Assembly: GCA_009602725.1 (NCBI GenBank) | Contig: WELB01000008.1 | Location: 925,780 to 977,735 of the forward strand | Reading direction: 5' to 3' | DNA length: 51,956 bases | Source: Spirogloea muscicola | Lineage: Eukaryota | Part shown: piece after piece, positions 23,862 through 34,879 of the stretch | Position numbering within the stretch: the first letter of the stretch is position 1 | How the letters are laid out: the number at the start of each line of letters is the position of its first letter | Position numbers and translations under genes: made by a program | Notes under the pieces: generated by a model | The model's database searches: none | Told to the model about the DNA's origin: nothing | The model's input: the letters and a program-made list of their open reading frames with translations, nothing else

Positions 23862-26800
23862 CTAGAAAAGAAATTTGCGGTTGTCTAGTGACGGTGGCAA
23901 CTTCATTGAAAGAAGAATCGTAAGTATGATCAAGAAGCCAATGAATACGAAGGGCAAGTGGTAGTCAAAGAAAGTGAATTTGTGAGGGCTTGACTTGCCA
24001 CTGATGCTCCATGCATACATGCTGCCCCCCACTGTCGGTGCCAGCGCTCTGCTGATGGCAGAGCCTGTCTGAGCCAGACCATTGACTGCACCAAGATGCT
24101 GAGGGCGGCTCACGCTGTTGACAATGAGGATAAATATGGACGTGAAACCACATAGAGAGCCCACACTGCAGTAATGAGACATGAACGAGTCAGTGTAGCT
24201 GTGCACAAGAGAAGCTGCTCAGCCAATCATTACGTTCTCTACCACTCTACTGACGAGGATGAAGAAGCTAATGAGCAATTACGCAACAATAATCTCAACA
24301 TCCGTCCATGATGTCTTCATTTCCCATCCATTGCACTAGCTTTTGCCTGACCAGTGTATTGGCCGATGTGGCCTCACTTTCATTGCATGCGCACTGCACG
24401 CCCTTTTTCTCTTCTTGTCACCACTGCCAACAACACAGCATCCCTGCGAGTGTACTTAATAGCTGGTTCTTTCACCTTCTCAGCATCATGCAGGCCGTGA
24501 CAGCCGCATGTACAGTAGCACCACTTTCCCCAAGCAAGTGCACTAATGGCAATAAGGACATGACCAGCCCTATAATAAGGCCAACCCGCAGGGTCTTTAG
24601 TGGTCCCATGTACTTCACCATGCGAGGGTACACCAGCAACTGGAATGGGATCTGAGAGTAGGAAGCTTCCTTCAACAGTGGGTGACTTTCTTCATAGAAG
24701 TTGTCAAGCTGCTCAATGCCAGGAGCGCTGACAACAAGGCAAGGAACCGTGGTGGACTAACTCACTAGTGCTGCACCACCAGCAGTCTGTGCAAGGCCGA
24801 CATCATTCGTTCCAAAATGAAGGCCCCCTACAGCCGGATCACTCAGGGACCAAAGTGGGAACACCTAGAGCAGAACGTAAGAAGCCAATATATAACACGT
24901 TACTTTGCAGGACATTACAGCATGGTATACAATCTCACAACAGCTGATAGAAGCATAGGCTAGTGCTCTAACACAGGAAGAATGGACCACATCTCCTCAT
25001 CCGTTTCTGATGATAGAACAATAAGTGAAGCACAAGCAGTTGTGGCACCTGTCAAACCCCTTCCTACCTCATCAAAGTCTGAGAAGATGAAAGCCATTCC
25101 ACAGTACATCAGGATTGCAACTACTGCATCATTGAGACAAACAGCGAGTATGTCACATGCAATCATCATGCATCTGCTGCATGAGGTACTCATTGTAAAT
25201 GCTCGTTATCTACTTCCAATATGAGGCCACGCATAATCATGCATTACAGGCTCACAGACTGAGGGACAAAGTCAGGAATCACCTGTATCCTGCTCTCCTA
25301 CTAGGGCATTCAGCATGCTCGGTTTGCGTTCAGCAACTTCAGACCTTTCTTTCTCCTCCTTCAGTGTCTTCTTAGTACGGGAAAAGAAGTCATCAAGCTC
25401 TGAGCTGTTGTACCTTGCACTGCTGTCCTTTTTCCTTGACCAGAAACGCAGGAACCAAGAAGTATAACTCCTCTGCTCTTTATCCTTGGAGAAAGTACCT
25501 AACCTACTTAGAGTTCGAACCGAGGACTTCTCTTGTGAGTGTTTAAAGTCCTCCACTGCTAATAGCGAGACTGTAGTATCCTCCATAGCTTCGGGGCTTT
25601 CAGCATTCCAAGAAGCCAGCTCATCACACAGTGCACCTCCTTCCATTGTGCACTGAGGGTAGCTTGTTTCTTCAAGTGCAGGACTTACTGACAAGACCGA
25701 TGCTGGGCTGGTCGCAAGACCTGGAAGGTCACAGCCTGCAATGCCTGAGATGACCTGCAAGGCAATATCATCCTCTCTTTGAAGCTCCAGCTCTTGTATG
25801 CCAGCTGAGAGCTGCTTGCCACCATGAGATGGAAGGAGGTAATCTCCATCCTCGCTATCTGGGGCAGCTCCTAAGCCCATTGCTGGAATGGCTTTAGCCC
25901 TCCCTAAAGTCTCAGGGAGGAAGGCTACACATAAACACAGGCCTACAGATGTGAGGATCGCCAGCAGTAGACAGGGAAGAGCAAACGGATACTGGTCGAA
26001 AATGGTACCCCTTGCAAACATGGGCAAGGTGGAGTACTTGTCAGCTGGCTGGCACAGCAGTCCTCCCACAGCAGGGCCTACAGTATGCGAAATATATAAT
26101 TAGTCAAACTTCTGTTGCCCGTTTGTGCAAATGTCTGAAGCATCTGTCAAAGCAGCCCGGAAAAGTCAGCTGATGGTTTAAAACTTACTTATCAGCTTTA
26201 GGAGAGGGTTGAAGAGATCAGGCTTCAGGATTTGGTTTTGGTGGGTTGGAGTTTGGGGTTTGGCATTGAGTGGTTTAGGATAAGGGGTTAGAGGATATAA
26301 AATTAGGGTTGCCCACTCCTTGCAGACCCTATTGATACTCCTAGACACTGCCAAGGTCACACTAAAAGAGTCAAACAAGTGCCTTTGAAGCGCCTCACCA
26401 AATAGCAAGCCAATGCCCCAGCAGACGCCAATGATTGAGAAGCTGCGGAGCTAAAATCATTGTGTCAGTCGACAAGCAGCTGGACACAGCTTTCGCAATG
26501 TCAGGATGTGACAAGCATTGGCAAAGGCAAGCTGCTGAAGCTCATCACAGGCTTTTCCTTGCAGTTGAGCCACCCTGATCATGAAATGGTCAACTCACCC
26601 TGCAGCCTGGTTGGACGAATCACTAATCTCCGACAAAGCCCTGCCATTCCACAGCTGACGGTCACACAAAGCCATTGCCGCCTCATATTCCCATAGTGCC
26701 TCCATGAAAACATGCGCCCTGCGTGGCTATAGTATTCAAGTCTTGCAGGGATGATCATCTATATATTCTTAATTATTCAAGTTTGTGCAGCCTCTCACGT

Positions 26801-27723
26801 CTTTCCGACACCAACCACACCAGAGAGAAGGCCATTTGCAAACCGAGCCCCTATTGCAACTCCGAATGTCTTGCAGAAGCCAAATATGAGAGCACAGATA
26901 AAGTTGGTGAACAATCCGAAGAGGATCACGGGTCTCCGACCAATGCGGCCGGACATTAGCCTGTTGCAGGCAAGCAAACACATTACTGCTTGTGTCGTTT
27001 AAGCTGAGAAAACCGTGCCCAAAATTGCTGCTCTGACATATCAAAGGCCATTTGAACTATGGATGCATGAGAGAGCTGAGAGCAGCAGATCTGCATAGCG
27101 GGCTGGGCTTAGCCTGTTCAACACACCCCCAGAAAAAGCTTGAGAGAAGAAGCCCAAAGCTGAAGGAAGAGGCCAGGTAACCTGCATAGTAGCTGCATAG
27201 GGAGCAGCCACCGGGCAAGTGAGCACAAATAATTTGAGAGAGTTCCTTGACTTCAATGATTGTGTAACTTGTGTATGGAATTACGAGTTTGTCCAGCTCT
27301 CGTAAGTATAGCTTAGAATCCTGAGCTCCCCGCTATGCGAGGAAGTCGAGCTAGACAAAGTGAGAAAGACTGACCCGAGTCGAGCAGGTTCATCTGTGAC
27401 GTGAAAATCCGCCACCTTCATAAGACAGCCGCGACAAGCCGCCCGTCCGTCAGTTCAAGCTTCTCGTGAGCCCTCCTCATCAAAGACAATGCTCGCAACG
27501 GCAGCTCTGCGGGCTTCCTCGAGTCCCGCAACCTGTGCCTGTCAAAATTGCCAGGTAGCAGGGGCACGTCCACGAGAGCAAACGGGCGCCACGCAGGGCT
27601 GACCATGAAGGCAGCAAAGGGCAGGAGGATCGTGGAGGCCATGGAGTTGGTCAGCAGCGCCCCCGCCAGCGCCAGCAGCGGCCCGCGGGGGAGCGGCGTG
27701 GCTTCCTCCGCGGCTGCCGCCAT
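23862..27723 (-). CDS. Major facilitator superfamily transporter, ZIF1/ZIFL-like, multi-exon
   Basis: ATG at 27723 begins MAAAAEEATPLPRGPLLALAGALLTNSMASTILLPFAAFM. Later exons give YYAGYLASSFSFG..FFWG, MSGRIGRRPVILFGL (MFS motif A), ARFANGLLSGVVGVGKT, GGLLCQPADKY..IFDQYPFALPC..FLPETL and HLGAVNGLAQTGSAISRALAPTVGGSMYAWS. Stop at 23862-64. Confidence 0.9.
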
Positions 27724-27969
27724 GGCGGCGTGGCCGCTGCCAAACACAGGCCCGCACTGGCTCGCGGCAGGCCCGCGCTCGCCGCCCGTCGCAGCGCCAT
27801 GCAGGGTCAGCTTGCACGGAGCGCTGCCATGGCCGGCGCGGGCGGCCGCGGGCGGGGCGCGCTCGGGGTGGCGGCAGCGGCCGTGGGAGGAAGCGTGGCA
27901 CTGGTGGCACTCGTCGGCCACCTGGCACTGTCCACCAGGCGGGCGACGTCATGCCCCCCGTCCCTTCGA

Positions 27970-28158
27970 GAAGAGAATGAGCTCGCCCATAGAAGCTCAT
28001 TCTCATTCTCATTCATGCGCACCGCGCGCCTTCTCTCTCTCATTCGCGCATAGAAGAAAGAGGCATCGTGTATGAGAGAGGGGCTGGCAGAAGCCAGCCA
28101 AAACAGAATGGACAAAACCCAAAGAGCTACAAGAGAATCACTCAGTAACCTCTGCTAA
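27970..28158 (-). mobile_element. Inverted 3'-end fragment of a CRE-like non-LTR element (ORF end plus 3' UTR)
   Basis: The minus strand reads CTTAGCAGAGGTTACTGA (LSRGY*). It continues into a UTR containing ATACACGATGCCTCT, shared with 33473-33488, and TTGTCCATTCTGTTTTGGCTGGCTTCT, which resembles 34749-34775. Confidence 0.7.
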
Positions 28159-28162
28159 GCAG

Positions 28163-28660
28163 CCCTTCGAGACGCCCTGGACGGGCTTGACGCGCGACGC
28201 CTCCTACCGCGCCGTTTGTGGAAGTAAGTAATGTGATGCCCGTCACCACGGATTCCCAGGGTCGCCATCACCGTCGCACCCTGGACACTGTGGGTGTACA
28301 ACCTGGCTGAGGCCCACGAGCCTTGGTGGATGTGGTGGTGACCAGGCATACAAGAGTTCCGCTTCCCACACACATTGCTGGCCACGCAGTGGGAGGTGCT
28401 GACAGAGAGAGCTCCGACACTACTCTGACTACCCCCCGCAGCGACCACCTTCTCCCGGCCGCAATCGACACTTTCGGCTGCTTGGGTCCTCGCTTCCATA
28501 CCTTAATTGAGAACATAGCGAGTCTGGAATTTGCACGACGCTGAGGATATGCTTCCAGCCCAGATGGGTATGCCGGCAGCCTATCTGTCATTTTTGCGAC
28601 GTCGAGTGTCAGCTTGTCTGCAGGGCTCCTGCGTTGCATCAGAAAGCTGGTCAAGCCTTC
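28163..28660 (+). mobile_element. Degenerate 5'-truncated CRE-like RLE non-LTR fragment (older subfamily), cut off by the next copy
   Basis: Frameshifted translation LRDAL..RDASYRA..VMPVTTDSQGRHHRRTLD.VG..PRALVDVVVT..LLPAAIDTFGCLGPRFHTLIENIA..RRRVSACLQ aligns by eye to ORF 33686-34582. Confidence 0.85.
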
Positions 28661-28664
28661 GAGC

Positions 28665-29690
28665 GCCGCAGAAGCTTGAGGAGGCTGCCAGAGATTCAAA
28701 ACAATCCAAGGAGCCAAGCAAGACTTACTTCTCTAGCCACACCTGGTGCCACCGACTGGATCACCTCACTCGCCTTCGCCAACGCCTTCAGCATCACCTC
28801 CGAGGCCTTTCGGACGTCGCTTCAACTCTTCCTCGGCCTCCCACCTAACGGCCTGATTGGGGTGCGCCAGAGTGAGTGCGGCTTCTGTGCAGAGGGTGCT
28901 GAGCTCGCCACTCACATACTGAGATGCCCCACTGGACCAGAAGTGGTGGGCATCCACAATCTCCTCCGCGGTGCCCTGGCGGGCTTGCGCGACGCCGGCT
29001 ACCGTGCTGTCGTGGAAGTCAACGATATCATGCCTATCACCACGGACGCCTAGGGACGTCATCATTGCCGCACACTTGACATTGTGGGCGTGCAACCTGG
29101 TGGAGGACCACGGGCCCTGGTCGACGTTGTTGTTACGGAGGCATATAAAGGTCCAGCATCGACAAACATCGCTGGCCACGCAGTGGGCGGCGCAGAACAA
29201 AGAAAGCTGCAGCACTACTCCAATTACCCCTAATGCGACCAGCTGCTGCCAGCGGCAGTCGACATCTTTGGCTGTCTGGGTCCTCGTTTCCACACTCTCC
29301 TTCAAAACATTGCCCATCTAGGCTACACACGACGTGCAGATGTGTTTCCGGCTGAGATGGGCTTGCCAGCTGCAATATGTGTAGTTCTTGCGACGACGAG
29401 TTACGGCCTGTTTACAGCGAGCTCAGGCTAATGCCTTGCACCAGAAAGCTGGGCGAGCTTTAGTTGGTGGCAGAAGGGCTTCGTATCTGACATCTAGTAT
29501 TCAGGCATCAATTAGCGACCTATGTTTTGATGGTTACTGAGCGGGTCAATCTGCTGTACGTTATGTAGGTCTTCGAATGTGCTTGCCTTTGTCCTTGGAC
29601 ATTTGGCCTTCGTATGTTTCAATATACGAAACTTTCCTTCAAGAGAGAAGGCGCGCGGTGCGCATGAAATTGAAAGGGAGGCCAATTCTA
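28665..29690 (+). mobile_element. 5'-truncated CRE-like non-LTR copy (CCHC + RLE + 3' UTR), pseudogenised
   Basis: Highly similar to 33698-34679. Codons that are CAG/CAA in that copy are TAG (29051) and TAA (29231) here, and there are small deletions. Confidence 0.9.
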
Positions 29691-29699
29691 GCCTTACGA

Positions 29700-29940
29700 A
29701 CGTCCTGTTACCTGGGTAATGAGCTGGCTAAGGGGGACACTAATAACCCCGGGTGAGCACATGCATATCTGAAAAGCTATATTGAGAAACCAAACCACCA
29801 CCACGGAAGCCATTAGCCTGGGCTAATGCACGACTGGCACGCTGGTGTATCGCGAGTGCCTGGGAGCGCTGTAGTCTCAATGATAGCCGCATTCTATAAC
29901 ATGCAGCGATGGCTTGCGGGACGCTAGAATGCCCTAAGCT
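29700..29940 (-). mobile_element. 3'-end fragment of a divergent CRE-like subfamily, tail-to-tail with the previous copy
   Basis: The minus frame reads AIAACYRMRLSLRLQRSQALAIHQRASRALAQ..SFSDMHVLTRGY* (stop 29740-42). This is homologous to RRRVSACLQRAQASALHQKAGRAL..SDLYVLTRGY*. Confidence 0.8.
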
Positions 29941-30269
29941 TCAACGGGTCCGTTTCACTCTGTCGTTCGCCGTCCCGTCGGTGGTCGATTCGTGTCGGTG
30001 CTGACTCAGACGCGGAGGTGGCCGCATGCGTGGACATTCAAGACAGGTCATCCATCAGCTTGGTGTGAAGAGAAGACGCAAGCGCGGGACCTCTCACTCG
30101 CTTTGGTCAGCCATGGTGCCCAGTTGTCGCCGAAGCACCACTTGGCGACGTTCGAATTCAATTGCCGCCCGCTCCAGTCAGAAGCGGGAAGCATCACCCA
30201 ATCGCTGCTTACGTCCCGCCAGACGCGGGCGTATTCTTCAATCGCTGCTCACGTTCCGTCCAACTGATG

Positions 30270-31220
30270 GCTCTGACTCTAAGTTTGATCAGATGGCGAG
30301 ACAGATTGCAGATTTAACCAATCAGCTCGCTCTAGCGAAACAGAAGGGCAAAGCTAAAGTAGTTTCTACTGCCATGCCCGAAGCAGACGATTATCCAGAG
30401 GACGAGGAATATAATCCTCTATAATCCTCAGGGAATTCACGTTGACGGGGATGAGGACATGGAGTCTTATGAAGGGTATGCCCATGCGGCCGACCTTATC
30501 CCGCGTGTTGCAGATGCACAGGGTTGCTCATCTCGCAATCCCTTGAAGAGGGGGGAGGTCGAATTAAGCCAGCAAACACCTCGCGGAATGGCCCGGTACC
30601 CAGCTAGGTTTAGAATCAAAGATATTGGTGATATTGTGGTACCTGCTCGTAGCGCTACTCCGAAGGTTGCTACTGATGCAGACATGCCTGTGAAGTCTTC
30701 AGTGTCTACCAATGTACTGCTTACCAAAATGCTTGAGGCACCTGTTTTGAGTATGCGAGACATTGGTGTGCCTATGGACACTCTGCATGATCTGATTCGG
30801 ACAAGGCCAGAAGTCGATAATGCTGTTGTGTCACAGATGGCACAGCATTCATCTGCCATGTCGGCAACTTCTTCTCTGATTTTATCGGATTCCGATTCTA
30901 CCAAACCTTGCAGATGCCCAACAGAGCGTACCAAGGCCATCGCGGCGGTGGCAATGCTCGACAATACAGCGAATATTGTGAAGTTGGCCAGTGGGACCCA
31001 TACTGCAACTCCTTCACTGGTACTACTCGATACAGGTGCACAGCCTATCCTAATCAGTCAGCAGTTCGCGACCAAACTCCGCCTGAGGAAGGATGATGTG
31101 CAGACTAGTACCATGAAGATCAGGACAGCGACTGGAGGTGCAGACTCTATTGTTGGTGTCACCAGGAAACCACTGCGTATTATGCTGCATAATGATGACC
31201 CAGATGCATGCACTTCGTTT
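30270..31220 (+). mobile_element. LTR-retrotransposon gag-protease fragment (Ty3/Gypsy-like retropepsin), forward arm
   Basis: LVLLDTGAQPILISQQFATKLRL..KIRTATGG is the retropepsin D-T-G motif and flap. A coiled-coil/acidic segment lies upstream (FDQMARQIADLTNQL). Confidence 0.8.
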
Positions 31221-32082
31221 CTGTCAGACCAGAACAATCAAAATCAGTCTCAGAGTAGTTCCTCCTAATGAGAGATGTGTCAGTGACTATCCCGCTGCAA
31301 GCTGAGATACCACTATACTTCTTTCCCTTCAAAAGAGGTAACGTAGCCTTCCGAGTTCCTGATTGACGCCAACCTGGTCTATACCATGCCATTTCTGCAT
31401 AATAATCGATTCCGAATCCTAACGGAATCAGAATCTCAGTTCCCAGCAAAACATCGTATGTAGTGGCCCTTGTAATCAGACACCCTGCAGTAAACGAAGT
31501 GCATGCATCTGGGTCATTACTACGCAGCATAATACGCAGTGGTTTCCTGGTGACACCAACAATAGAGTCTGCACCTCCAGTCGCTGTCCTGATCTTCATG
31601 GTACTAGTCTGCACATCATCCTTCCTCAGGCGGAGTTTGGTCGCGAACTGCTGACTGATTAGGATAGGCTGTGCACCTGTATCGAGTAGTACCAGTGAAG
31701 GAGTTGCAGTATGGGTCCCACTGGCCAACTTCACAATATTCGCTGTATTGTCGAGCATTGCCACCGCCGCGATGGCCTTGGTACGCTCTGTTGGGCATCT
31801 GCAAGGTTTGGTAGAATCGGAATCCGATAAAATCAGAGAAGAAGTTGCCGACATGGCAGATGAATGCTGTGCCATCTGTGACACAACAGCATTATCGACT
31901 TCTGGCCTTGTCCAAATCAGATCATGCAGAGTGTCCATAGGCACACCAATGTCTCGCATACTCAAAACAGGTGCCTCAAGCATTTTGGTAAGCAGTACAT
32001 CGGTAGACACTGAAGACTTCACAGGCATGTCTGCATCAGTAGCAACCTTCGGAGTAGCGCTACGAGCAGGTACCATAATATC
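31221..32082 (-). mobile_element. Inverted copy of the same protease region, extending 271 bp further 3'
   Basis: 31492-32082 is the reverse complement of 30630-31220 with about 6 substitutions. It continues into TYDVLLG (retropepsin C-terminal motif) ..GIDYYAEMAWYRPGW. Confidence 0.85.
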
Positions 32083-32102
32083 CACAAGTCTTTCTCGGCT
32101 CT

Positions 32103-33154
32103 GTAAAATGTGTGCAAGCAACGAGATATTCAACCATGTACTCAATGCAGGTCCTGAGGATAATTGTTGAGTACGAAGAGAGCGGATCCGTTTGGCAGTA
32201 ACTTGGTTTCCGGAACAGATAGATAGTGCCTTGAGCCAGAACGGGGGCCTAGCCCAGCCTATCTACTTCGTAACGGGGGCCAAGCCCAGTCCTATCTCTA
32301 CTTCGAACAGGCTCCAAGCCTTGATGTAGAAGAACCGTGTATCCAAGCGAAGATGCAGTATGCACTCTTGCAAGGAATGGAAAGTGTTGAATCTATGCAA
32401 CACCTCAGAGCAACGCAAGGTTATGCTTGTCAGCTACCCTCAACAACACGCAAGGTCACAATGCTTGTGACTCACCACGTGTGTCCAGTCTTACGCGCCG
32501 GTGGCGGAAGCTCCTCGGAGGTAAGGCTCTCTAGCGGCTATTACGCGGACGCCTATGCCTCTCCCTCTGGCTTTTGCCGCTGTCGCCGCCGCTGCTGCCG
32601 CCGCTGCCGCCACGGTCGTCGCTGCTGCTGCCATTGCCGTCGCCATCGTCGCTGTAACAAGCACGAGCGTAGCACGCGCGTTCAGTGTCACGCCAAGAGG
32701 GCGTGGCATAGGCGTCCGCGTAATAGCCGCTAGAGAGCCTTGCCTCCGAGGAGCTTCCGCCACCGGCGCGTAAGACTGGACACACGTGGTGAGTCACAAG
32801 CATTGTGACCTTGCGTGTTGTTGAGGGTAGCTGACAAGCATAACCTTGCGTTGCACTGAGGTGTTGCATAGATTCAACACTTTCCATTCCTTGCAAGAGT
32901 GCATCTTCGCTTGGATACACGGTTCTTCTACATCAAGGCTTGGAGCCTGTTCGAAGTAGAGATAGGACTGGGCTTGGACCCCGTTACGAAGTGGATAGGC
33001 TGGGCTAGGCCCCCGTTCTGGCTCAAGGCACTATCTATCTGTTCCGGAAACCAAGTTACTACCAAACGGATCCGCTCTCTTCGTACTCAACAATTATCCT
33101 CAGGACCTGCATTGAGTACATGGTTGAATATCTCGTTGCTTGCACACATTTTAC
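32103..33154. repeat. Long inverted repeat: arms 32103-32559 and 32705-33154, 145-bp GC-rich spacer
   Basis: The arms are direct reverse complements with about 5 substitutions and one 7-bp duplication (ATGCAGTATGCAC versus ATGCAC). Confidence 0.95.
32165..32445. mobile_element. LTR-like segment within the inverted repeat (mirror copy 32819-33092)
   Basis: Bounded by TGTTGAG...CTCAACA, with an internal tandem duplication of about 33 bp (GGGGCC.AGCCCAG.CCTATCT..ACTTCG.AAC). No target-site duplication or primer-binding site was found. Confidence 0.35.
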
Positions 33155-33471
33155 CTGAACTGAAAGACATCGCCAGCTGTGCTCTGACTCTCAGATAAAT
33201 GCGACTGCCATACCTTATGAGCTGTTCTATATGTTATTTTCTCAACATACATCATCGAAAGATCGCCAAGTCTACTTCTACACTTGACCCTGCTGATCAC
33301 CTACGGAATGCCTGTCGACTACTTCTGTGCTAATTCAAGTGATCGACGTCGTATGGCAGCCGACATCATATGGCACGACAACTCCTCCCTTCTCAACGTG
33401 CTGCAGGCGACTCCTTGCTGGTGGCGATACGTTTTACGATGACGGAGGGGCCTGAAGATGCTGTGTCTTGT

Positions 33472-33651
33472 GAAGAGGCATCGTGTATTAGAAAGAAATG
33501 TAGGCCAAATGGCCAGGTACAAAGGCAAGCACATCTAAAAATCTACATAACCTACAGCAGATTGACCCGCTCAATAACCACGGGTCAAAACATAAAGGTC
33601 ACTACTCGATGCATGAATACTAGATGCCAGGAACGGAGCCCTTCTGCCACC
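33472..33651 (-). mobile_element. Inverted duplicate of the 3' end of the adjacent CRE-like copy
   Basis: Reverse complement of 34502-34679, identical except for a 2-bp indel near the outer end. Confidence 0.95.
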
Positions 33652-34679
33652 ATCCAGAGGGGCACAATCCAGACTGGTTACGGCAGTGGAAGACGAATGC
33701 CGCAGAAGGTTGAGGAGGCTGCCAGAGATTCAGAACAATCCGAGGAGCTTGGCAAGACTCACTTCTCTGGCCACACCTGGTGCCACTGACTGGATCACCT
33801 CTCCCCCCGTCGCCAACGCCTTCAGCATCAGCTCCGAGGCCTTTCGGACATCGCTTCAACTCTTCCTCGGCCTCCCACCTAATTGCCTGATTGGGGTGCG
33901 CCAGTGCGAGTGCGGCTTCCGTGCAGAGGGTGCTGTGCTCGCCACTCACATGCTGAGATGCCCCACTGGACCAGAAGTGGTGGGCATTCACAACCTCCTT
34001 CGCGATGCCCTGGCGGGCTTGATGCGCGACGCCGGCTACCGTGCGGTCGTGGAAGTCAACAATATCATGCCTATCACCACGGACGCCCAGGGACGTCATC
34101 ATCGCCGCACACTTGACATTGTGGGCGTGCAACCTGGTGGAGGACCACGGGCCCTGGTCGACGTTGTTGTTACGGAGGCATATAAAGGCCCAGCATCAAC
34201 ACACATTGCTGGGCACGCAGTGGGCGGAGCAGAGCAAAGAAAACTGCGGCATTACTCCGATTACCCCCAATGCGATCAACTCCTGCCAGCTGCAATCGAC
34301 ATCTTTGGCTGTCTGGGTCCTCGCTTCCACACTCTGCTTCAAAACATTGCCAATCTAGGCTACACTCGACGCGCAGATGTGTTTCCGGCTGAGATGGGCT
34401 TGCCAGCTGCATATCTGTCGCTCTTGCGACGTCGAGTTTCGGCCTGTTTGCAGCGTGCTCAGGCTAGTGCCTTGCACCAGAAAGCTGGGCGAGCTCTAGT
34501 AGGTGGCAGAAGGGCTCCGTTCCTGGCATCTAGTATTCATGCATCGAGTAGTGACCTTTATGTTTTGACCCGTGGTTATTGAGCGGGTCAATCTGCTGTA
34601 GGTTATGTAGATTTTTAGATGTGCTTGCCTTTGTACCTGGCCATTTGGCCTACATTTCTTTCTAATACACGATCTCTTC
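33652..34679 (+). mobile_element. 5'-truncated CRE-clade-like non-LTR retrotransposon with an open C-terminal frame (zinc knuckle + restriction-like endonuclease) and 3' UTR
   Basis: Motifs: ARLTSLATPGATDWITSPP, FRTSLQLFLGLP, CECG-x10-HMLRC (CCHC), IHNLLRDAL, RTLDIV..LVDVVV (PD..D-like), AEQRKLRHY, LPAAIDIFGCLG, RVSACLQRAQA. This order matches the C-terminus of CRE/R2-type elements. No RT domain is present. Confidence 0.88.
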
Positions 34680-34879
34680 TCCTTCTGCCACCTACTAGAG
34701 CCTAGCTTGTGGCTATAAGCCCCTCCGTCATTTGGCCCCTTCGAACCTTTGTCAATTCTTTTCGGGCTGGCTTCTCACAGACCTTTGCCCCTTCGGGAGA
34801 GCCAATTCTCTTTTACCCCCTGGCCACGAACATCCACGGGTGTAGTACGGGAAAAAGGCAAGCGCGGCCACATTAACTG

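Noticed and set aside
30459..32145. Two host aspartic-protease genes facing each other
   Set aside because: They are intronless, truncated mirror copies of one retroelement fragment, and their ORF ends are junction read-through.
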